A stretch of 52,104 nucleotides of DNA, taken from NCBI GenBank assembly GCA_043228905.1, contig JBHGNT010000211.1, positions 1 through 52,104 on the forward strand, written 5' to 3'. The notes beneath the pieces are model-generated. The model did no database searches. It saw only the letters and a list, made by a program, of their open reading frames with translations, and was not told the origin of the DNA. This document shows positions 35,734 to 47,951 of the stretch, piece after piece (within the stretch, counting starts at the first letter, position 1; each line of letters begins with the position of its first letter). The position numbers and the translations under genes were made by a program. This stretch comes from Azolla caroliniana (lineage: Eukaryota > Plantae > Polypodiophyta).

Positions 35734-37303
35734 TCTTGAATCTTGAACAATCTCAGAGATATGAAAAGATGCATGTTTTTTTACTGTGATGATTAAGGAG
35801 TATATTTCCAGATTTTTAACTATTATGAATGAAAAGGATTTCAAATACTCTGTATATGAGATACTAGCATTTATGTTTATGAAAAGGTACTTTATTGGCA
35901 GATGTTGGATCTAAGTGATGGGTATCAATCAAAATACGGATTATAGTTTTTGATCGTCAAAATAGCATTGCAGATTGCTCTTTTGTAAATTATATTGTGA
36001 GAATCAGCAAGAGTTGTACGGAAAGGTTGTATGTGATCACACTGGTTATTGATAAAATGCAGGATGATGCATCATAATTCTGTTTGCAAACTTGATTGAT
36101 GTTGTGAAGTGCCTACTTTGTATATGTAGCTAGCATTATGAAGTGTTAACCTGGTGTTTAACTCCTAATTAATGTATGTTTCTATTTCATTTTGTGCAAA
36201 AGGCGTTAAGAAAATCATTAGTATAGTGGGTTTGTCTGTTTTATTTGGTTTTGTTCATTCAATGGGGAGAAATATCCAAGGGTTTCAAAAGGACATTGTT
36301 GTGTCAACACAATTGTTCATAGTGCAAGCATGATTATTCTTGGAATATATTGCAAAGAATCCATGGAATGTGTATGTTGCACCACTAAAATGCGTGAGAA
36401 GTGAATAAAATGATATCTATACAATAAGTGAATAAATTATTTATTGGACTTACCCCAATAATTTAGATCTATGACTTACTTGAGGTGATGATCTGTCATC
36501 ATTCTCTCGCTATACATACAAGAGGCATTTCAATGGCAAATACCTATTCCATCATGTGTGCTTGGACAATCCCATCTAGTATTTTGCAACACGCAAGAGG
36601 TGTGATCATAGTTTTGAGACACTTGCTCCATGGCCAAATCAAGACCATCTCTTGCTTTCGAACTACCTTGGCAAACATGGGGAGACATCTACATCTTGAA
36701 CTCAATTTCTATCCAATTTCAAGGGCCGGTTTTGTCACAAATTTAGATCACTATCAACGACATATAAACAATCTTCTCAAGAATCAAGTATGGGGGAAGA
36801 CTTACCTTTTATATGATCAATACGAATGTCATTCAAGATTTAGCATACGACATGAGAGCCTCAATGCTTGCCAACTCTCTGTCAACCTTTACAATAGCAC
36901 ATCCTAGATAATTCCTTACGTTAGTTAGATGTCGAATTGAGGGCGCGGCATTCTTGAGAGAGAGAGAGAGCATGCAACTTTCTTTTTTTCTTCTTTGGAA
37001 CAATAGGCTACGACATTCTAATGATGTGATATGGTAGTGGCGGATCGTGGGATTAAGGTTTCTTTCAGGTTGTCCGATCTCCGATAGATACAAAGAGCCT
37101 GTGCCGGGGGGATTGAGCTATAGATATAAATTTATAATGTGTTCTGGAAATCTGGGTGTCCTTCAAAGGGATACATATTTTCTGCTCTCTCTCTCTCTCT
37201 CTCTCTCGTTTCGTTTCATTCGCTTTCTCCTTTTTCGTTTGTTTCACTTTCTTCCCTTTTGTTTCCCCCCTCTTCCTCTGTCTGATACTCTGCACCCACC
37301 CCG

Positions 37304-40300
37304 ATGCCACTGTCTAAAGTTAAATCTCGCATTTCATCCTCCTCCTCTTCACCATCACCATCACCATCACCATCACCATCACCATCACCATCATCTTCAT
37401 CTTTATCCCGAAGGTCTTCCATTAAAGCCTCCATGGCGAGGCAAGAATCAGTCAAGTCATTGAGTATCTCCCCTGCTACCCCTTCCTTTCTCCAGAGTAA
37501 CAAAACTCATTTAATTAAGTTTCTATGTCCCCTTCTCGCGATGTTAATCCTCATAATCTACTCTGCTTCTCGAAGCTTCGGATTGAAGCAGGTATGCTTA
37601 TTTGATCTTCTTTGACATTCTTGTGATTGACGGTGCTTCTTAAATGAATTACTTCTTCTTCTTCTTTTTGTCTGAAGATTAAGGAAAAGAAACTGTGGTG
37701 AAGTTTCGAAAGATCTTACAGTTGTCATTTGTAAAATTTGAGTTTTCTTTTTCTCCTTCTAAAGTTATAAATTGTAGAGATCAAAGAATATTGTAATTAT
37801 CATGTGAACGATGTCTGAAAGTTGGAGTTTTTTGTGAGGATTCTAACGAGAAATATGTGATAGAACCCTAGCTATCATGTCAATGATATTTTAAATCTAG
37901 GTTTTTTCATAATGATTTTAGAAAGAAAATATGGTAAAGGTCAGATTTCTAGCAATTATATTGTATATGGTACTTGTATATTTATTTTTTATGATGATTA
38001 TGAAGAGAATTTTCATAAAAATCAGACGAATCTTGTAATTAGCATATGAGGGGATACTGTTATGTGACTCTCAATATAAAAATACTTTGTAAATCTGAGG
38101 ATATATTGTCAATTTTACGTCATTTTACAAAGATTGTGAACAGAAAAGAAAGGTCAAATTCTGAGAATGTATTGCTAAATTAGGATTCTAATCTGGTTTC
38201 TGCTCCAATTGAGCGGGTTTCTTCTCTAAGGAAGTGTGTATGTTTGCTGCCTTTGCTTCATCAGGCATCTTCCGATTCTCATAAGGGCAGCTATGACATT
38301 TATGCATACAAAATCGTGAATGAATATGAGCATGATCCACAGGCCTTCACACAGGTTATGAACTTCTCTGTTTCATAGATGTTAAGAGCAAGCTATGTAC
38401 CTATTAACTACGCATCTATCAAAGTCTATGCTCCTCAGATGTTTTGAGCATATGTGTAACTACTAATTAAGCATTTACCATGAGAACAAGAGGCAAATCA
38501 GGGGCTAGAAAAAGGCCAATTAGCATCTGGGAGCCTTATAGCCATCTATAGCGTGGATAGTTATAATCTGGATACAGGTTTTATATGTGATAGGTTCATA
38601 TCAAAGCTGGAGATAAGCCAATCAGCATTCAGCCATAAATGGGGATAGCCATAATCTGGATTCGGAAATTATTCTATGCTCAGGTTTTAGCTCCTCAGGT
38701 TAAGGATTATTATTCATAAACTTGGATATATCTACTTTAATGAACATCTTCTTCTCCCGATCCATTACATGAATGAATTTGACCCAATTGTGTTGCTAGT
38801 GGCATGGAGATGTCTTTTGCGCCACTATCTCTGCCCATGGATCATGCAAAGCATCTCATTGCTTAGTAATGTTGCCCATTAGGCTCATTTACCTATCCCT
38901 AGCTTTGATTTCACCCATATTCACATATAAGATGGCCTCTCTATCGGTTTTTATTCTTTCAGTAAACCCAAGTTTTTTGCTTTTCCAGGGGCTTGTTTTT
39001 GCAGGGAATGATACATTTTACGAGTCCACAGGATTATATGGATTAGTAAGTTATGAATTCATCATCTATCATGGGTAATGTACTATGAGCATGTGATTTC
39101 TTTGCAGTAATAGGGAATATCAACATCTTACTTCTTCCATTATGCTACATTTTTGCAGTCATCTGTAAGGAAAGTGCACGCACCTTCTGGAGAGGTTTGA
39201 ATCCATTACCAAAGATTCTATTGTAAACTGTATGGTCTATCTTTTAAGCTCTATATCTACACAGCTTCCTCTTTACTTATTTCTCTTGGAAATTAAGAAA
39301 ATTGTTTAATTCCAATGAAAACTGTTAACTTTGGAATGAAGTGACACTCAAAATGAATGCTCAAAAGCTTGCAAACTCACAATGTTTCTTCTGACACAAT
39401 ATACATATAGACCAGGAAAAAGAAACAACTATTAGTTGCAAGGAGCTACAATGATAGAAACTAGACTACTTGGTGAATGATGATTGACACATGAATCCTA
39501 TTGGGGAAGTGCAGTGCCTAGTATATGTTAATTTTTTGAATACTCTTTAAATAGGCCTTGCATTCATGCTTGCCATAGTAATAGAATAGTTCAGTAATGG
39601 GGAGGCACAAGTAAGAAGAGACCTAGTTGCCTCTCATTGGGTGCTCTCATCAGCTCTGAAAAGATGATACTCTTACTTAAAGGTTGCTATATGTGTCTCA
39701 CATCCCCTTGCTGGCAGGGCAACTTCATGTGTAATAGACTTCTCATATTATATCTGCATGGTATAGCTCGCAAAGATCTTTGTTGTGCCTGCGCATTTGG
39801 TCAAGCTATCTAGATTCTCTACTTTGAGATGATTTAATGAAGTATGAATTGATGATTTTATTCTGCACCCAAATAATAGTTTCTTTCCATGTAACTTGGG
39901 CTTATATATCGGGCAGTAGACTCTTAACACCACCAGGGTTTACTCACTGTTGGATGTCTCCACCACATGTAAGGTTTCGAACATCACTCAACTAAACAAA
40001 CCCATGAATCACGTAGAAAATAAAATCAACAGAATAGTTGAATTTGTAGGAATTATGTAAGGGAAGAGATTATCGGAATGCAAACAACAAATCCTCCTTC
40101 ACATTTTCTCTCAAGTTGCTGCCTTTAATTTGTCGGCTTTACCCAAGTAATCCATATTCCTCCATATGGAAGAGGATGGAAGAACCATGTTCTAAAATGG
40201 GTGTCCATGCTGCCAAATTGCAGATTATAATATATAGTACTTTTTTTCCTAGTACAAAACTGTATGCTGCAGGTCGCCTATCGCAATGGCAAGAAGCGGT

Positions 40301-42784
40301 GTTTCCTTACGTTATGCTTCCCCTTCCCTGGTTCTGCTTCATAGTGCATTGTAGTTCTCTGACTCCAATATAAGAACATCCAACAATCAAAGGATGGATT
40401 ATTGTATAACTTGATTATTCTCAGATTAAGTGGTTGTCTATTAATTGATTAGAGTTTCATCTAACGAATATGTTGCTATCAAGATCTTATAATAATTATA
40501 CTTACTGTAGCATGAAAAATAATCCCTGTTGCATTATATAAGGATGTGAGAACCTATATACAGTAAGGTACGTGCTTGATATACTTTAATATCTTATAAA
40601 TTATAACCACCCATTTGTCCAGTTTTTTTGAAGCTCTTTCAAGTTTCTACCATAGAAATGCTAAACAGCCAAAAGAGAGCTGATGTTGTGTCTCTTGATT
40701 TCATGTCTATACCTACTTTACGTCTCTAGCACCTATATTATAATCTATTTTGAAAACCTTGGATAGGCTATCCCTGTTTAATCTCTCGGATCTCATATGC
40801 ATACCTACTTTGATTATGATGGATAAGAGGTGGAAAAGTGTTATATCTTTGTTTTGAAAACCTCAGAATATTGGAAGAGCATCCTTCTTTCGTTGATTAA
40901 AAAAGAAAAAGTGAAATTGCAGGTTTTAATAGAGAACAAAATGAGCAGCCAATATTTTGGTGAAGGACTTACCCTTTTCAATCACAGGTCAGACTTAACT
41001 GATCTTCTTAACTGTCTTTAGTCTTAATTATCTTTGCATATTCAGTTTATTTTAACATGAACTTACTTTGTTTTGCTAGATTACTTCAAGTGGCTTGGAA
41101 GATCACATATGGGTTCATTTATGATGAGAGCACTCTTTCTTTGGTAAGTGGGTACCTCTATCTTTCCTATAATAGAAAAACTTATAAAAACATGGAAACT
41201 CGGTAATAAATCCTCAATTTTTGGTAACGATCATGCTTTCATATCATTTTTCATAGTCAGGGAAATTCCAACATCCAATGAAAGATGGATGGGGATTGGC
41301 TACTGATGGTAAAGTCCTATATGGGAGTGATGGCAGTTCAACTATATATGTGATGGAACCATCTACTTTCAAAGGTTTGCACATTGTCATATAATCACTA
41401 GTAACTATAATTTGTTAATTGTTTTAAGACGGGAAAAGGTAGACAGGGAAAGGAATTTGCGATATGTAATATTTTCCATAATGTGAATGAGACCATTATG
41501 CTGATTCAATAATCATCATATGGTGTATACTCATTGTCTCAATCAATCTCAAGATAAACTGGGAGCTTAATATTGTATACTCGTGTTTGCACATTGTCAT
41601 ATAATCACTAGTAACTATAATTTGTTAATTGTTTTAAGACGGGAGAAGGTAGACAGGGAAAGGAATTTGCGATATGTAATATTTTCCATAATGTGAACGA
41701 GACCATTATGCTGATTCAATAATCATCATATGGTGTATACTCATTGTCTCAATCAATCTCAAGATAAACTGGGAGCTTAATATTGTATACTCCTCTAATT
41801 ACAAGAGATAACATGAGCATTGGAAATACAATCATAATGTGTTGTAAATATCTGTGTTTATGCTATGCAGAGGAAAGAAAATATGTAGTGAAGGATGAGA
41901 CCAAAGAAATCTTTCAGCTTAATGAGCTAGAATATGTTCATGATGAACTATGGGCCAATGTGTGGATGGTAATATATCTATTGGTTCTATTGAAAACTAT
42001 TGCGTAGAAATTTGACAAAATTTCCATGTAAATGTGTCTTTTGACCTTTCATTTTTTTTTTGGCAGACGGATTGTATTGTTAGGATCTCCCCTAAAAACG
42101 GAAGGGTACTTGGTTGGATTCTTCTTCATGGACTCAGGTTAAACACTTACATATGCACAAGTTTGGTAGCACTTGTAATCTTTTAAATCCATTAGAAAAG
42201 CGATATACATGTTTTTATTTATGTTTGGTTTTTTCAAATGGTACAGAAACACAGACAATTCATTGCATTTTGTTTTTGCATATAATTATCTTTGTTTTAA
42301 TGTAGTAAATTGAGTAATTAAATTTGTATCAATGACAGGAGCAATCTTCTTGCTGAAGGCAACAATGTAAGGATTTCTCTGTATAGCAAAAGGAAAAGTA
42401 GGAGCTTCTGAAGATAATGAGTTAATTTTTTTCAGATATAAACATACATGGGTTTTTGAGTTTCCTCTTATTTTTTTAGTTTCTTTTTTCAGATTTAAAC
42501 TGACGTGGTCTTTGTCTTTTTGCTTTTATAGTTCATTGATGTATTGAATGGTATAGCTTGGGATCCAGAGAAGGACCGAATTTTCGGTGCGCTTTTTGTT
42601 TATTTGCTCTCATAAATAAATTTGTACTGTCCAGTAATTGCCTGCTTATAATTTATCGAGTGTCTTATGACTTCTGCTGGCAGTTACTGGAAAAGATTGG
42701 CCCAAACTATATGAGATTGAAGTGTTCAGAGATGAAAATTTGAAGCTAAAACGAAAAGAAATTTGGAAAAGATGTAATGTTTAG
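37304..42784 (+). CDS. QCT: Plant-type glutaminyl-peptide cyclotransferase (glutaminyl cyclase), about 356 aa, 12 exons; alternative start at 37433
   Basis: Exons 37304-37591, 38265-38354, 38989-39045, 39159-39194, 40923-40987, 41080-41143, 41257-41374, 41871-41968, 42067-42137, 42339-42366, 42532-42586 and 42684-42784 total 1071 nt. Motifs include HDPQAFTQGL, ESTGLYG, YFGEGLT, DGWGLATDG, LNELEY, WANVW, DVLNGIAWD and VTGKDWP, plus an N-terminal TM anchor. Confidence 0.95.
39670..39960 (-). mobile_element. Possible decayed LINE ORF2 C-terminal (zf-RVT-like) fragment in QC intron 4
   Basis: A minus frame reads DLCELYHADII*EVYYT*SCPASKGM*. This resembles C..C....E...H..W.CP.....W, with TGA at two of the Trp positions. 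Confidence 0.3.
41375..41792 (+). repeat. Recent 208-bp tandem duplication starting exactly at the 5' splice site of QC intron 7
   Basis: 41375-41582 and 41585-41792 differ at only two positions I can see and are separated by GT. Confidence 0.95.
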
Positions 42785-44622
42785 CTCATTATTATATTCT
42801 GGGTAACTAATTATCCAAGTGGCATTGCAAAAAATCAAACAGTGCTATATGCCTTAGTAGAAATCCAATGAAATTAGTGGTCCAAGTAAGAGATCAAAAT
42901 CCTGATCAAATTAGTGTGTGGGGATCTGAATGTAATGAAAGACTTTGATTAAACATCAAATGTAAAATGCATGTTGATTTTATGTAAAAAGAGACTCATC
43001 GCATTTTGAATGGAAAAAGTGGAACTCACTCTAGATGAAATGGTGACATTCTCTACTCTTTATTTTCTAATAAAATGCCATTGCATGGATGGTTTGTTCC
43101 TTGAAAATCCCTACCAGCTGCATTGATCAGATGTCAACGATAATAATTTCCTGTTATAAGGCATGCTCTACATAATTGCAACATCAGTTGCAGCATAATG
43201 GTCTTCAATAGGATATACAATGGTCTGCGCCCCTCAATCAGCAGTATCAAAGTGGAGATATAACTTTGTTGGTGCAAAGATTGTGAACACCTTGAACTGA
43301 CTCATCATTTCCTCTCTTTTTCTAGTGACCTTTCAGTCAAGAAATTTGGCCTCTTGTAAAACTTGGCTTTTAGGAGTTTTTCTCCCTTCACACACACAAC
43401 ACGCCATCATAAAGGCTGATGTTTGGCCAAGCGATTGATATTCCTCTTCTTGAGCACTACAAGGATCAACCTTGACCCTTCCAGTGACGGGTTGGGCATT
43501 AAAAGGATAACTAATCTGTTATGATTTCACTTTGACGGTGATCTAATCTGCTTGGACAGCGTTCATGGTCAAAGGTGAGAAAGAAAGATGTATTAACGTC
43601 TTATTAAGGCCAAAATTGGCCCATGAGACAGTTGGTTTACAACAAAATGGGTATTTAGCCAATCATCAGAACTAAAATAAAATAAAGTAAAAATAGAACT
43701 TAAACGTGACAACTAGTTAGGATTTATGTACATTTGTAACCTAAGCTAACTTGGCTTTGAAAAGACATAATTCAAGGGAAAAGCAACTGAAATAAATACT
43801 ACTCACAATTAATATACATTTTAAAATCTACTCAAGCTATTCTAGTAGATCAGAGATCACTCCATGAGAGGAAGCAAATTATGATGGTTGATGCTAATGA
43901 AAGATGATTGTTACCTACAAAAATTCAATGCCAACTAACAATATAATTACTTCAATGCCAACAAAGATGACGGTAGACTTCAAAAAGTGGTTTCATTCTG
44001 TGATAAAGACAATAAACACTGAAAGCTCTAGACTCGCGTTTGCATCTTGTTTTTTCTGCTCATGGATTCATCATTCTTCGACCCATTATGAAAGTGATAC
44101 TCAATGCTCATGATGAGGGTTCAATGATTGTATCTTCTAATTTGTTCGATCTTGGTGTCTACATACAACCTAGTGTGTCAACCAGGGATAATGTTAACTC
44201 TAGGCTGGAGCTCAGATTCCAATAAACTCACTGTTAAGTTTCCCTTTTGACTCATGTATCTCATCTACCTAATCAACGGCAAGACAATATGCAAAAATCA
44301 TGCCCACTCACATTGTATCTGTAACATCATTGTACTGACAAGGCTCGCTTTCATTCATCAACAATGTTCAGTAACATTTGTTGAACTCCATCGACATTGG
44401 TTTGCAATGTGTACAACACTTTATAATATCCCACTGGCAAAAGAGAATTCATGAAGATTATTCAACCTCAAATCCATTTTACATATAGCACACACAAGTC
44501 AACAAATGGATTCCCATCACGAACATAATTTTTCCTCAAAAACAATTCCCAAATAACATACACACACATATCGATACTTCAATCATCCACACAAGAATAT
44601 ACAGGTAGTCTTAATTTCTTCG

Positions 44623-46483
44623 TCAAATGTTGGGACTAATGGGAAAGTAAGCATCCCACCAAGATGAATCGTCAAGGACAGTCAAATTACTCTCCACCAT
44701 TCGATTCGAATCATTACGACCTAACCTTGGCATACATCGACGGCTTGGGATACGCTTTCTCTTGCTCCCTTGTTTAGAGGAGTTCCCTTTTTGAAGCTTC
44801 ACTACACAATAATCTTTAAATTCCACATCACTTAAAGTATACTCAACCATATGGAAATTTTTCGATTCAACAGAATCATCCAAGTTTCTTTTCTTTCCTC
44901 CCAACTTGGTATAGCTCAAATGTTTTCGAGTCACTTCACTATCACTGATAAAGGACTTACAAGGCTTGCCATGTTGTTTCCAGTGATATCCATCTTTTGT
45001 CCTCAGCATTCTTTGACCCTTATTCCAATTGCACTTTACAATTATCCAACAAGATTGATACCCTAGCACATGACAGACGTTTAAATCAATGAAACAATAT
45101 TTTACTAACCAAGAGATTTTCCAAAAGAATTACCAGGTTCATTTAGAACATCCTCTGGATGTTTGTTGAAAAAGCATTCATCGACTAGCACGCCCTTTGG
45201 TTGAGAAGATTTATTGCGCACATATTCCTTCAAGGACTCTATAGCCGCATTAGGTGTGAGTTCCACACAGTAGCCGCTCTGCATCTTAACTACACTAGAT
45301 AAGAAACTAAACGCAGGAAAAAATGAGTAGAAAAAAGTGCTCATTTAGATGATTGCGCTTCACATTTAGATGAATAAAAAAGGTGCCCATTTTCCCCTAG
45401 AGAATTCTAGCCAGCTAACTTCTCCTCTACCAATTCCCTTTCACAAGAACTCTAAACCAACCACTCTCTTCAAAAAACTTGGCATGTGTGATAAGGATAT
45501 TTAATGACTTTAGTGTTTTAGAGCTAATCCTAATTTTAAGCAATATAAACAATATTTCCTGTGTTAGTAGTTCAAAACAAGGAGCTTAACATGTACCTGT
45601 CCCAAACAAGGAGCACTATATATAATGTCCTTTATATGTGCACATATAAACAGATTTCCCTTCAGCTAAGTTACCTATGAAGTTTGGAGGAAATCTCAAA
45701 CAAACTGTCTCTTTCTAGCTTTAAAAAACCCTCTCTATCTCATATTGTGGTTCTATAAAATAAGGTAATATTGACGTTATCACACAAAAGAAATTAGTTA
45801 AAAGTAATGCATACCTCATTATTTGGTCTAAGCGGCAAAGAGTTCGGGCGCATATATTGGTATTGGCAATGAGTCCAACAACAGAAATCATGGACTTGAA
45901 GTGAAACTCCGTCGCTCTTTACCTCAACAAACACATGCCGAGGACAGCCCTGGAATTTACACCTCTGAACAGGGTCTAAATTCCTGGTAAAGAATTGTAG
46001 CCAATACAAGAAGTGCTGTTCAGAGCACCATTTCCCTTTATAACATGGGGTTTGAGGGCATGTATCAAATGCACAATGAGGAGTTGTGTGAATATCTCCT
46101 AACGAATAGAAACACTTGAGACTGGTATCGAAGCTCGGGTTCTTAGTACAAAACCTTTTACACATAACAAGCAGATGATGGAGAGGACTGCAAGCTGTCT
46201 CATGACCAGGTTTAGCAGGTTTAACTCTTTGTTGACAACCCAGATAAGGACACATACTACCACTGACGTAGTTGTTATAGCTGTAATTATTGTTGCTGTT
46301 ACTGTTGTCGTAGTAGTTGTTATGGCTGTAATTATTGTTGCTATTACTATTGTTGCTACTCGTACTCTCTTCAATCTTGTACTCTGCTATAACTCCACCA
46401 TTTCTAATTCCATTATCTTTATGGGGATGAGAAACGCTCATGGCTATATCTTCTTGTTCCATCACATTCACTAGTGGTATCAT
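44623..46483 (-). CDS. Putative C3H-type zinc-finger plus divergent NAC(NAM)-like domain protein (about 419 aa if fused; a NAC-only 196-aa product from ATG 45284 is also possible)
   Basis: Exons 46483-45815 (GAG|GTATGC, phase 0), 45284-45134 (CCTG|GTAATT, phase 1) and 45062-44623 are in frame. Exon 1 has an N-rich tract and three C-x4-C-x(10-20)-C-x3-H motifs. Exons 2-3 read GYCVELT...KHPEDV | CWII...GQRMLRTKDGYHWKQHGK...RKHLSY...NFHMVEYTL...DYCVVKL, matching the order of NAC subdomains A-E. Confidence 0.65.
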
Positions 46484-47726
46484 CCGATCTTTTGTTTCAT
46501 CATGTCTGAAAATCTAACATCTTTATGATCTAATCTTCTATTTCATTATGTCTGAGAACCTAACTTTTCAGCATTGAATCTCCTCTTTCATCGAGTTTGA
46601 AACCCTACTATTGCACCGAGACTGAAGCAAAAACATTCATTTCTTACCCTCTTCTATGAAACTCTAAATTTCTTCACCCCTTCCAAATCGCGGCGTCTGA
46701 AACTCTAACCGCTTCACATTTTTTGTTTCCCTGGTGTCTGAAGCGCTAGATTCTCTGTTCCCTGGTGTCCGAAACTCTTGCTTTTCATCAGCTCCTTATT
46801 TTCGCGACGCCGGAAGCTCTCGACCTTCTTTAACAGCGCCTCTGCTTCGTCGTGTGTTTAAAAACCATAGGTTTGTGTTGCCACTTCACTTCAGGGGCTC
46901 AGAAAACCCTAAATTTCTCTGCTATCATGAGAGGAGGGTGGGAAGCTGTCTGGAAACCTAGAACCTTCATCTACTTTGGCAAGCCCGAAAATTTGTCTGA
47001 ATCAAATCTTGAGTGTGAGGAGGAGGAGGAGGAGGATGCAGAGCAGGAAGGGATGAAGCAGGGGAGGCAGGCAGGCAGGCATACTTATCCTCAATTGCAG
47101 TTGTCCCTCATTTCCTCTCCACACACTTTTTATTTGTCCCTCCTCCATTTTTGGCCCTTTCCTTCTTCTTCTTCTTTAACAGTGTTTTTAATTGTGCTCT
47201 TTCTTTCCTTCTTCTTCTTTCAGTGTTTTTAATTGTGTGTGTGTGTGCGAGAGAGAGAGAGAGATGTATGTACTATGGAGTAATAAAGAGGTGAGAAAAT
47301 TTTGTTTCCAACCCAAGACATAGTGTGTTAGTAATCTAACAACTTACAGCTGTCGGGAAATTACGATAAGAGACAGAGACAGAGAGACAGAGAGATTGTC
47401 CTTCACATGCATTTTGCCCCACACAACACATACATTGATTCACCTCACTCTTAGCTCTTTCTGACAGGCCCCTCGGTTACATACAAACTTCATAATCGCC
47501 ACGCGCCAGTTGCACAACCTTCGACTTTGTTTATAGCTAAACGTTTCCATGTCTGCGTGCATAGGAAATGTATGTCTCTCCTCATTTCGTGAGACTATTA
47601 CTTGCTTACAAAAAAAGTTGTCTTGTCAACCAAGGGACCTAATGTAATGAATAGATGCCTTTTAAATAAATAGAAAAAAGACAATATCTACAACAAAGCA
47701 TCACAAGGCAATAATAGATTGATTTT

Positions 47727-47951
47727 TAGGTGAGCTTTGTCGGCATCGAAAATAAATTTTGTGTGCTTTTGGTGTGTTTTGAACAAAATAATCACTATAA
47801 CAAAGAAATATGTTCTTATCTTCTTATGCCTTTTGTTTTCGCAATAATAGGTGAGGTCGGTTTCGAAAATAAATTTTGCGTGCTTTTGATGTGATTTGAC
47901 AAAGTAATCACTATAGCAAAGAAATATGTTCTCGTCTTCTTATTTCTTTTT
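47727..47951 (+). repeat. Degenerate tandem duplication, about 120-bp period
   Basis: TAGGTGAG...TCGAAAATAAATTTTG.GTGCTTTTG...AATCACTATA.CAAAGAAATATGTTCT starts at 47727 and 47848. Confidence 0.85.

Noticed and set aside
36485-36907. 140-aa ORF between SAMS and QC
   Set aside because: It has a GTG start, no recognisable motifs and no supporting splice context.
43320-43570. Second NAC fragment (minus-strand RHWKGQG) or SUMO-like remnant
   Set aside because: It is a single short motif flanked by stops with no other subdomains, and is probably chance.
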